The position numbers were made by a program, and so were the translations under genes. Positions 56,346 to 64,000 of a stretch of 64,000 bases of DNA are shown here, in pieces; position 1 is the first letter of the stretch; each line of letters begins with the position of its first letter. This DNA comes from a virus. Location of the stretch: positions 1-64,000 of the IMG/VR virus record IMGVR_UViG_3300044712_001906. One strand, given 5' to 3'. The notes below the pieces were generated by a model that had not been told where the DNA came from, did no database searches, and saw nothing but the letters and a program-made list of their open reading frames with translations.

Positions 56346-57965
56346 TCAGACCTCCACCATCCACGCTCGCGCCTGCGGGCGCGTCACGGGCACGCGCCTG
56401 GCGGTTGCTCCCTTGCCGAACGCAGCAGCGAAGGCGTCCGCCGCGTCGTCCACCTGTCCGCCCGTCTCGTCGTCGAGCTGCGGCGCGCCGTCAGGCCCCT
56501 GCGGCCCGGCACCTTCCGCGTCGCCACCGTCGCCCGGCTGCCCGCCACCGTCCTGCGGCGCTGCGGCCGCCTGTGCCGCCTGGAGCCACGTGGCGTTCAG
56601 AATGACCTGCCCCTTGCCGTCCGGAAGGGGCTTCATGTCGTGCTCGGCGCGGATCTCGTCGACCATCATGAAGTGCTGGCAGCGCTTGACGTCGTTCTCG
56701 AGCTTCTCCGTCTCGCTCATCGAGTCCATGCCGGCGAACTCGAGCTCGAAGTCCTCGTTGATCGGCCAGACGATGTGCTCGTTCAGCGCGTTCTGCGCCG
56801 AGCGCACGAACGGGCGGATGCCGCCTTCCTTGGAGTTGGCAATCCGGTCGCGCGGGTTCGCGCTCGCCAGCGCGTTGGTCTGGTTCTCGTTGCCGTAGAC
56901 GTACCCGCTCTCGCTCGGGTCCATCAGGAACAAGGCGTGGATGATCTTGTTCAGGAAGCCGATCCAGACCGAGAACTCCATCTCGCGGTTGTTCGACGAG
57001 AGGTTGACGGCCTTCAGCTCCTCGTCCTTGCTCGGGTCGAGGCGGAGGATCGGGGTCTTCTTGGCGTTGCGCGGCCCCGAGAGCATCGCGCGCACGTACT
57101 GCGTGAACGCGGCGAAGTTCTTGGGATCCATCGCGCTCTTGAGCGTGAGGATCGTGCTGACGTGGACACCATTCGTGAAGTTCGCGTCGTTGTAGGCCGC
57201 CGCGTTCAGGTAGCTCTGGAGGACCTGCACGGCCTCGTCGAGCTCGGGGAAGCCGTAGCCGCAGACGTTGACGTCGGTCCGCGGGCGACGGACGCAGAAC
57301 GCGAGCTCGTCGCCGTCGAACTGCTGGACGATGCGCCCCTGGATGACCTGCGCGAACTGGCGCTCGGACGGCGGACGGCCCGTGCTCAGGTCCTTGGGCC
57401 GAGCGATCCGAATCGTCGACCCGTCCACGGCGCGGAAGCCAGCGGGGCGGTTGCCCTTGCTGTAGAGCTTCTCGAAGCAGGCCTGGTCGTAGATGAGCGC
57501 GTCACGGCCCCAGAGCCGGAGGAAGGTCTCGAGCGAGCCGTTGCCGTGCTTGCCGCCCGTCGTCAGGACGAGCTTCGTCAGGTCTCGGATGACCTTCTGC
57601 GCCGCCCGCGTCGGATGCGCCTTGGGGTCGCGCATCTTGATGACCGTGCCGATGCCGTACCGGTTGGGCTGCGGAACGGCGAACTCGGCGAGCTGATTGA
57701 TGCGCCTGGAGATGATCGGCGCGACGACCGGCACCCGGGCCATGCGGGCGAGCGCATCGTAGGTCAGACCGATCGTGCCGTGATGGGTCGGGTCCTGCGC
57801 GCCGAACCAGAACGCCATCTGCAGCGGGTCGAACGCCCATGCCTCGCCAGGCACGGTGGGCGGCGGCGGGACTGATGCGGATGCGGGCGCCACGTCGCCC
57901 GGGTCCTGCCTCCGTCTGGCCTTGCCGAGGCCGAAGGCCCGCTTCGTCGCGTCCCAGAAGCCCAC
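56346..57965 (-). CDS. Portal protein
   Basis: F.AVDGSTI, GYGFPEL, REMEF..W, F.MDPSE.G, SKEGGIRP, DEIRAEHDMKPLPDG; start taken at GTG 57965. Confidence 0.92.
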   Translation of the reverse strand: MGFWDATKRAFGLGKARRRQDPGDVAPASASVPPPPTVPGEAWAFDPLQMAFWFGAQDPTHHGTIGLTYDALARMARVPVVAPIISRRINQLAEFAVPQPNRYGIGTVIKMRDPKAHPTRAAQKVIRDLTKLVLTTGGKHGNGSLETFLRLWGRDALIYDQACFEKLYSKGNRPAGFRAVDGSTIRIARPKDLSTGRPPSERQFAQVIQGRIVQQFDGDELAFCVRRPRTDVNVCGYGFPELDEAVQVLQSYLNAAAYNDANFTNGVHVSTILTLKSAMDPKNFAAFTQYVRAMLSGPRNAKKTPILRLDPSKDEELKAVNLSSNNREMEFSVWIGFLNKIIHALFLMDPSESGYVYGNENQTNALASANPRDRIANSKEGGIRPFVRSAQNALNEHIVWPINEDFELEFAGMDSMSETEKLENDVKRCQHFMMVDEIRAEHDMKPLPDGKGQVILNATWLQAAQAAAAPQDGGGQPGDGGDAEGAGPQGPDGAPQLDDETGGQVDDAADAFAAAFGKGATARRVPVTRPQARAWMVEV

Positions 57966-57971
57966 GCTACA

Positions 57972-58001
57972 ACGGTGGGGCCGATGCGGCAGGGCGTTAA
58001 G
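57972..58001 (-). promoter_or_regulatory. Putative late promoter copy 3: CTTAACGCC-N12-CCCCACCGT
   Basis: Conserved motif 6 nt before the portal GTG. Confidence 0.65.
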
Positions 58002-58137
58002 GCGGCCGGGGCCGCCGCGGTCGAGCTCGTTGCTGGTCTGCTTGCCGATGCCGACCGCTATGGATGGCCCGTGGACCTCCGAGAAGCAGTCACGTTGGAC
58101 GCCCGGAAGTCGTCTCGCGACGTTCCGGCTCCCGTCA

Positions 58138-61100
58138 TCACGTGGCGAAGCGCCCGTCGTCGAGCTGGCGGACCTGGCCGTTGTCGACAAGGACCGCCAG
58201 GATGTCGCCGACGTCGGCTGCGGGCGCCTGCGCGAAGGTGGCGGCCAGCGCTTCGAGCGTGAGCGGCGCGGCCGCCGTAGCTAGGACCGCTCGAACTGCG
58301 CGGACGCGCTCGAGGACGGACGACGGCCACGGTGCCGAGGACGCAGGGCTCGGTGCCGGCGCGGCCTCGTCGTCCTGGGTCTCTTCCTCAGCCGCGGGCG
58401 CTGCGTCCTCGGTGGCCGCGGCGCCGCGCTGGAAGTCGGGGCGCAGCCAGCGGACGAGGCCGCGCTTCTCCTCCTCGACCCGCTCGGCGTTCAGTGCCAC
58501 GAGGCGCTCGAGGATCTCCTCGCCGGTGAGCGTGGTCGGCCAGCCGTAGGCGTCGAAGACTGCGGCGTCGAGATCGTCGTGGAGCTTCAGCAGGATCGAG
58601 CAGAGGCCCTGCTCGTGGACCTTCTTCTCCTTGGCCGTCAGGGCTTCGCCGCTCCGGAGCTTCTCGAGCACGTTGTACATGTTGGTGAGGGTCAGGTCCG
58701 GGTGCGCGGCCTGCTGGCGCTTGCGGTGGGCGTCGAGGGCCTCGGCGAGCTCGCGGATTCGGGCCTGCTGGGGCTCGGTCGCGGCGGGGAAGGGGAAGGG
58801 GTCGAAGCAACGACTCTTGGCGTAGACAGGATCGTCGCCGACTCCCAGTCGGCCGCCTGCGGCGATCGACCAGAGTATGTGTGGTCGGCCGCACAGGTTG
58901 CCCAGCACGAAGGCGTCGTCGGAGGCGACGACAACGTTCTTGTGCACACAGAGATAGGCAGACTCAATGAACTGAAAGATGCGGTGCTTCGCGGTCTCGG
59001 TCGTGGCCATGTACCGCCGGAGGCCGGAGAGTGCCCGTCGGAGTTCGGGTCGTTCCCATCCAAAGCGCCACCATAACTCGCGAATCGTCTTGCGACGGTT
59101 CTCCTTGCGCTCCGGCAGGACGTGATCCACAAGATGCTGGAGTGCACTCGCGTTCGCCTGCCGCGCCGCGTTTTCGGACATCCCCGAGAAGTCGATCACA
59201 TACTGCTCGCGGCACTTCTGGAGGAGGTCCCGACCGCCAAGGAACGGTCGTATCACCCGGCCATCGCCCGCCGCTCGGAGGGCGCTGGCAACGCCAGGTT
59301 CAACGATGAATCCGGCGCCGTGCAACGCGACGCCGTTCGCCGCGCATCCCGAGTTGGCGCGAAGGGGCATCGCGGCAGCCACGTTGGCCCCCGCCGAGAG
59401 ATCAGCGTGGACGCAGTCGACCGCGCGCGGCTGAAGGATCACTGTGGATGCCCCTGCCTCGTCATGCTGTCTGCCCTCCGAGACGACCCGCAGCAGCATT
59501 GCTGGCCCGGTGTTGGCGTCGGCGCATGTCATGGCGACGCGCACATCGGCACCATCGGTGCTGTCGACCCAAGGATGGTTCGGGACGGCCCACGCAATCC
59601 TGACCCCTGCCTCGATCTGCCGCACCAACACGCGCCGGTTGAACGTCTGCGTGATGCTGTTGGTGGTGATGAAGCCGAACCGGCGGAGCTTGCCGGCCGA
59701 GACCAGGTTGCCGGCCTCGTTCCACCAGTACATGACGAAGTCGGCGTTGTCCTCGACCTCGCCTGACCACGCCCGACGGAGGGCGTCCACGTAGCCGTCC
59801 CCGAGCGCTGCTCGCATGCGCTTCGTGCCCAGGAACGGCGGGTTGCTGACGACGTAGGCCGCGTCTGGCCACTCCGCCTTTCTCGCGTTGACGTACCTGT
59901 AGAGCGGCTTCCGCGCCGTCTCGTCCGGCACCTGCTTGCCGGTCACGGGATGGGTCTTGGTGGTCTCGCCATCCCACACCGTGACCGGCTTCCCATCCTC
60001 CCCAACCACCACCTCCTCCGCGTCGTAGGCCAGCACGGCGTCCCTGCACTCGATGTTCTTGAAGTCTCGCAGCACCGGCTCGGTGACCTGGACGCGGCCG
60101 AGCGTGCGGAAGTGCCACTGCAGGTAGCCGATCCAGAGCACGAGCTCGGCGATCGCCGCCGCGCGGGGGTTCTTCTCGATGCCGAGGAACTGGTGCGGGT
60201 CGACCGTCTGGCCCCGCAGCTCAAGCGTCTCCTGGGCCGCATCGAGGTCAGCGAGCGCCTCGAGCACCTCGCCCTCGAGCCGCTTCATGTGCTCGAGGGT
60301 GACGTAGAGGAAGTTCCCCGTCCCGCAGGCCGGGTCGAGGACGCGGAGGCTCGTGAGCTCCCGGCGGAAGTCGGAGATGAGCTTGACCGCCTCCTCCTGC
60401 TTCTTCCCGGCGGCGCGAAACGTCTTAGCCTTCGTGCCCTTGAGCGCGAGCGCCGCCGCCTTGACGGACTGCCACTCCTCGCGCAGCGGCTCGATGACGG
60501 TCGGGAAGACGAGTCGCTCCACATACGCGCGCGGGGTGAAGTGGGCGCCGAGGGCGTGGCGCTCGGCCGGGTCGAGGGCGCGCTCGAGGAGCGTCCCGAA
60601 AATGGCCGGCTCGACATGGCTCCAGTCGGTCCGGGCCGCGTCGATGAGTAGATCGATCTGTGGGGTCGAGAGCTGGATGGCCGTCGCATCCTTGAAGAAG
60701 CGCCCGTTGAACCGCAGGAGCTTCGTCCGGAGGGACGGCGAGAAGCCGCCGCGATCCATCTCGTGCCAGAGCGACTCGAGCATGCTCGCGAGGGCCGCGG
60801 GCTCCGAGCGCATGTCCGTCAGGAGCTTGGTGAAGCTGTCCTTCGGGATGAGCCCGACGTCCTCGGCGAACATCGTGAAGAGGCACCGCATGAGGAAGTC
60901 GGCCACGAGCTGCGGGTGATGCCGCGCCGCCTCGAGCGACTTGGCGAGGGCCGCGAGGCGTGCGGCGATCTTCTGGGTCACCTCGGCGGCGTAGCGGCCC
61001 GGGTCGAGCGTCATCGGCTCGGTCCAGACGCGTCGCAGTCGGTTCGCGATGGCGGGGTCGGCGAGATCCTCGAGGGCGAAGCGGTGCGAGCGGGCGTCGG

Positions 61101-61644
61101 GGAAGGGGAGGTAGGCCTTCCCGTCGCGCGCGAAGTTCGCAAAGAGGGCGAACGAGTGCCCGACGTCGACGACGATCAAGAACGGCGGCCACTCCGGCAG
61201 CGCGCGGGCGTAGCGCTCGGCCTGGGCGCGGGCGCGGTCCATCGCGGCCGTCCACCACGCGGTGCCACGCACCGCGGTGCCGATGCGGCGGGTGCCTGCG
61301 GCCGGCGATGAGCCGCCGAGGAGATCGAGCTGCTCGGCGTCCTCGGCCTGGCCGGCCTGGGTCCCTTGCTTCGCCTCGAGCACGAAGCAGTCCGCCTTGT
61401 AGAGGTCGATCCAACCGCGGCTAGTGGTTCCGTCGCCGTTCTGGAAGGTCACCGCCTTCTCGAAGACGTACCGGTTCTTCGCCTCGTCCTGCTTGGTCGC
61501 GTCGGGGTGCGCGATGTCGAGGAGCGTGCAGAGCTCCGTGAGAAACGACACGTAGTTGGCCCGCTCGGCGCCGCCTGAGGCTCGCCATTTGGCGATGAAG
61601 GCGTCGATGGTCGCGCGTTGCCCTGCGGTGTCTGCCTCCGACAT
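58138..61644 (-). CDS. MmeI-like Type IIL restriction-modification enzyme (nuclease, N6A methyltransferase, TRD)
   Basis: IDLYK..CFVLEAK, GAHFTP, LDPACGTGNF (motif I), NPPF (motif IV), FDPFPFP, LDAAVFDAYGW. Confidence 0.92.
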   Translation of the reverse strand: MSEADTAGQRATIDAFIAKWRASGGAERANYVSFLTELCTLLDIAHPDATKQDEAKNRYVFEKAVTFQNGDGTTSRGWIDLYKADCFVLEAKQGTQAGQAEDAEQLDLLGGSSPAAGTRRIGTAVRGTAWWTAAMDRARAQAERYARALPEWPPFLIVVDVGHSFALFANFARDGKAYLPFPDARSHRFALEDLADPAIANRLRRVWTEPMTLDPGRYAAEVTQKIAARLAALAKSLEAARHHPQLVADFLMRCLFTMFAEDVGLIPKDSFTKLLTDMRSEPAALASMLESLWHEMDRGGFSPSLRTKLLRFNGRFFKDATAIQLSTPQIDLLIDAARTDWSHVEPAIFGTLLERALDPAERHALGAHFTPRAYVERLVFPTVIEPLREEWQSVKAAALALKGTKAKTFRAAGKKQEEAVKLISDFRRELTSLRVLDPACGTGNFLYVTLEHMKRLEGEVLEALADLDAAQETLELRGQTVDPHQFLGIEKNPRAAAIAELVLWIGYLQWHFRTLGRVQVTEPVLRDFKNIECRDAVLAYDAEEVVVGEDGKPVTVWDGETTKTHPVTGKQVPDETARKPLYRYVNARKAEWPDAAYVVSNPPFLGTKRMRAALGDGYVDALRRAWSGEVEDNADFVMYWWNEAGNLVSAGKLRRFGFITTNSITQTFNRRVLVRQIEAGVRIAWAVPNHPWVDSTDGADVRVAMTCADANTGPAMLLRVVSEGRQHDEAGASTVILQPRAVDCVHADLSAGANVAAAMPLRANSGCAANGVALHGAGFIVEPGVASALRAAGDGRVIRPFLGGRDLLQKCREQYVIDFSGMSENAARQANASALQHLVDHVLPERKENRRKTIRELWWRFGWERPELRRALSGLRRYMATTETAKHRIFQFIESAYLCVHKNVVVASDDAFVLGNLCGRPHILWSIAAGGRLGVGDDPVYAKSRCFDPFPFPAATEPQQARIRELAEALDAHRKRQQAAHPDLTLTNMYNVLEKLRSGEALTAKEKKVHEQGLCSILLKLHDDLDAAVFDAYGWPTTLTGEEILERLVALNAERVEEEKRGLVRWLRPDFQRGAAATEDAAPAAEEETQDDEAAPAPSPASSAPWPSSVLERVRAVRAVLATAAAPLTLEALAATFAQAPAADVGDILAVLVDNGQVRQLDDGRFAT

Positions 61645-61668
61645 GTAGCGTCCTCCTGAGAGCGGAGA

Positions 61669-61698
61669 ACGCTAACCCGGCGTTCGATCGCCGCGCAA
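61669..61698 (-). promoter_or_regulatory. Sigma70-like promoter for the MmeI-like gene (TTGCGC-N18-TAGCGT)
   Basis: In the short intergenic gap upstream of an AGGAGG RBS. Confidence 0.4.
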
Positions 61699-61727
61699 GG
61701 GCTTGCAGGACTATCCCCCCAAGGCCG

Positions 61728-63176
61728 CTACGCCTCGAGCGGCGCGGCCAACGTGCCGACGTGCCCACGCGCGAGCGAGATACGCTCGGCCTGGAGTCCT
61801 CGCCAGCTACCCGCGAACCCGCGCGCCTTCGTCCACGCGCACGGAGCGACAGCGGTCGCCCAGCGGATGACGCGCAGCCCGCTCTTCGACGGAAGGTCGG
61901 CTGGGCTGTGCTGATGCCCGGTGCAGCAGAGGCGGTGCGTGGCCGCACCCCACTCGACCGGCCACTGCTTCGGCACGATGAGCCCGAGGTCCTTCACGGT
62001 GTGCTCGTCGCCATGGTGGAGGCAGAGGAGCGTGGAACCGACGAGGCCGCCGGGAAGGCGATCGTCGTCGAACCGATGCACGGTCACATCGTCGGCGTTG
62101 CGGTACCACGCGGCGAGCACCTCGCCGGCCCACGCCGTCGAGTGCCGGTCGTGGTTGCCCTCCCAGAGCCAGACGTCGACGGGGGCGACTTGGCGCGCGA
62201 GGTCGATCTGCTCGACCTTGTACGCGACCCATGAGCTCACTCCCTCGGCTGGCGGCGCCTCCGTGAAGAGCTGCGTGCCGGAGGTGGTAGTGCTGCCCGC
62301 CGAGTCGACGTGGATGCCATCGGAGCCGACGGGGAAGATGATGCGCTCGGGACGTCCGAAGAGCACGGCCTCGCTGAAGATCTGCCCCAGTAGGTCGAGG
62401 TAGACCCGCCGCTGAATGGCGCGGGACCACCCCGCGGCCTGCAGGTTCCAGTGCTCGTCGGTCAGCCCGAGAAGAAGTGCCCACGGGTCACGCGCCTCCC
62501 GGACCTGTAACTGCGGAGGCGCGTAGGTTGGCGCGTGCTCGGCGAGCCAGCCCAGAAGAGGCCGCACAAGCTCCTCGTGCGCGCGTCGCCACTTGTCCGC
62601 GTCCGCCTTGATCTGGTTCCACTTCTGGCGCTCGATCTGGGAGTAGATCCTGAGCTGCCTGAGCTGCCCCGCCTCCTCCAGAAGCTCCTCGTCGCCCTTC
62701 TCCGCGAGCGTCTCGGCCGACCACGGCAGCGCCTTGTGCGTGAGCCCCAGCGCGCGGCGGACGCCGTCCATGATCGCGTGCGGTAGGCCGAGCGTGCGCC
62801 CGACCTCCGTCAGCGTCGCGCCCTTCTCGGCGGCGACCTCCGAGTAGTCTCGGAAGACCTGATCCACCTGCGCGCGCGAGAGGTTGAAGGCCTTGGACAC
62901 GCCTGGCAAGCGGAAGGTGTAGGTGCCGGTGTCGGGGTCGTAGACGTAGTGCGGCGTCTCCTCGAGCACCGGAGGCGCCTCGGTGGGAGCTCCGCTTTCC
63001 CTTGTGCCGGCGCTTTGGTCACCCGGCTTTCCAGCCCCCCTGAGCTGCGGCGCGAGCGAGCGCGCCTCCTCGTAGCTGCACCCGAGCTCCCGCGCGACCT
63101 CAGCGACCCGGCGAGACCGGGCGTGACGGGCCGCCACTGCCGCTCGAGGGTGGGCGAGGGCCTCGTCGAGGGTCAC
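61728..63176 (-). CDS. Calcineurin-like metallophosphoesterase with N-terminal HTH regions
   Basis: TDEH, GSDGIH, GNHD, HHGD, GHQH; GTG 63176 overlaps the upstream stop. Confidence 0.85.
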   Translation of the reverse strand: MTLDEALAHPRAAVAARHARSRRVAEVARELGCSYEEARSLAPQLRGAGKPGDQSAGTRESGAPTEAPPVLEETPHYVYDPDTGTYTFRLPGVSKAFNLSRAQVDQVFRDYSEVAAEKGATLTEVGRTLGLPHAIMDGVRRALGLTHKALPWSAETLAEKGDEELLEEAGQLRQLRIYSQIERQKWNQIKADADKWRRAHEELVRPLLGWLAEHAPTYAPPQLQVREARDPWALLLGLTDEHWNLQAAGWSRAIQRRVYLDLLGQIFSEAVLFGRPERIIFPVGSDGIHVDSAGSTTTSGTQLFTEAPPAEGVSSWVAYKVEQIDLARQVAPVDVWLWEGNHDRHSTAWAGEVLAAWYRNADDVTVHRFDDDRLPGGLVGSTLLCLHHGDEHTVKDLGLIVPKQWPVEWGAATHRLCCTGHQHSPADLPSKSGLRVIRWATAVAPCAWTKARGFAGSWRGLQAERISLARGHVGTLAAPLEA

Positions 63177-63523
63177 TCGCGCCGCTCCCACGCCTCGAGC
63201 ACCGCCTCGGTGATCTTCGCGGCCGCATCGGTGACGGCGCCCCTCGGCAGGCGGCCTCCGTGCGCGGTGAGCAGCGGCGCGAGCTCTGCTTCGGCTGCTC
63301 CGATCGCCGCGTCGAGTCGCTCCGCTCGGTCGCTTGCGGCCGCCGCGGCGTGCCGCGCGTCTTCCTCGGCGTCGGCCACGTAGGTCACCGGGCCGATGAG
63401 CCACTCCTCGCCGTCCATCGCTTCGACGCCATCGAAGTAGACCTGATCGTACCGTGGAGGGTGGCGCGTTCCTGCCGCTCGCTTGGCCGCTGGCGCGTAC
63501 TTCTCAGGGAAGCCGGGCTTCAT
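63173..63523 (-). CDS. Hypothetical protein
   Basis: ATG 63523 in ATGA overlap; MKPGFPEKYAP... Confidence 0.6.
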   Translation of the reverse strand: MKPGFPEKYAPAAKRAAGTRHPPRYDQVYFDGVEAMDGEEWLIGPVTYVADAEEDARHAAAAASDRAERLDAAIGAAEAELAPLLTAHGGRLPRGAVTDAAAKITEAVLEAWERRE

Positions 63524-63999
63524 GGCGCCACCGCGTCCCGGACAGCGACAACGACGACAGCCACAGCCCCGGTGACGACGACGGACAGCGTCGCCACGAA
63601 CCACGGCCTCTCGACGAGCGGGACCTTCCTCGCCGGCGGCGCCTGTACCGTCCCGGGCAGCTTGAGCAGCTCGGCGATGGTGTCGTCGCGGGCCTCGAGC
63701 AGCGAGGCGCAGGTCTTGCGCTCGGCCGCCAGTTCGTCGCGGGCCACGCCCAGGTCGATGCGGCACCGCGGGAGCTCGGTGCGGACGCAGAACCCGCCGC
63801 GCACGGCCTCGGGGACGGGCACGAGGAGCCCATCGCAGACCGCGGGCTCGCCCATGCGAAGCTCGTGGGACTTCTGGCACGGCAGAGGTGCCGCCGACGG
63901 CTCCGCGGCCGATGCGCGCTTTGCCGACAGGACGATGACGAGGACGGCGAGGAGCACGGCCAGAAGCAGGAGCGCCTCGACGGCCGCGCCGTTCCGTCT
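63520..63999 (-). CDS. Membrane protein with N- and C-terminal hydrophobic segments, possible spanin-like lysis protein (5' end may be off window)
   Basis: LLLLAVLLAVLVIVL, coiled coil with Cys, C-terminal TM WFVATLSVVVTGAVAVVVV. Confidence 0.5.
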   Translation of the reverse strand, partial: RRNGAAVEALLLLAVLLAVLVIVLSAKRASAAEPSAAPLPCQKSHELRMGEPAVCDGLLVPVPEAVRGGFCVRTELPRCRIDLGVARDELAAERKTCASLLEARDDTIAELLKLPGTVQAPPARKVPLVERPWFVATLSVVVTGAVAVVVVAVRDAVAP

Positions 64000-64000
64000 C

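Larger units (their letters stand above)
1..64000. mobile_element. Temperate myovirus (contractile-tail phage) genome segment, probably non-integrated; both ends run off the window
   Basis: Continuous phage gene set (replication, cI/cro, int/xis, sheath, tube, baseplate, capsid, portal); no host core genes; int is internal with phage genes on both sides. Confidence 0.92.

Noticed and set aside
1-64000. CRISPR arrays, tRNA or rRNA genes
   Set aside because: No regularly spaced repeats or cloverleaf/rRNA signatures seen by eye; a tRNAscan run would be the proper test

Overview
The whole 64 kb window reads as one high-GC temperate myovirus genome segment, with no host housekeeping genes. Gene order is lambda-like and appears to be the non-integrated form, with attP intact. 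Left to right: a replication/VRR-NUC/CII/Cro operon (- strand); a CI repressor with an immunity-region island (ART-like protein, ImmA/IrrE metalloprotease, DUF5678-retropepsin pair); an early recombination operon ending in xis-int (+); a putative attP and moron genes; then a long - strand virion operon (baseplate, fibres, tape measure, tube, sheath, neck, capsid, scaffold, prohead protease, a 2536-aa polyvalent protein, MuF, portal). A PIN-toxin pair interrupts the virion operon and an MmeI-like restriction-modification gene lies upstream of the portal. A Myxococcota-like host is suggested by a lipoprotein moron and a Myxococcus-type LexA box (inference). Most notable: (1) the giant head-operon protein looks like a polyprotein of effector domains separated by the same hydrophobic-x-K-A/G motif that saturates the scaffold, suggesting prohead-protease processing into ejected effectors; (2) an apparent induction switch made of a non-autocleaving CI plus a LexA-boxed metalloprotease; (3) a three-copy late-promoter-like motif; (4) four repressor operators; (5) a predicted +1 frameshift in the tail chaperone. 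All family assignments come from motif recognition by eye, not database searches.
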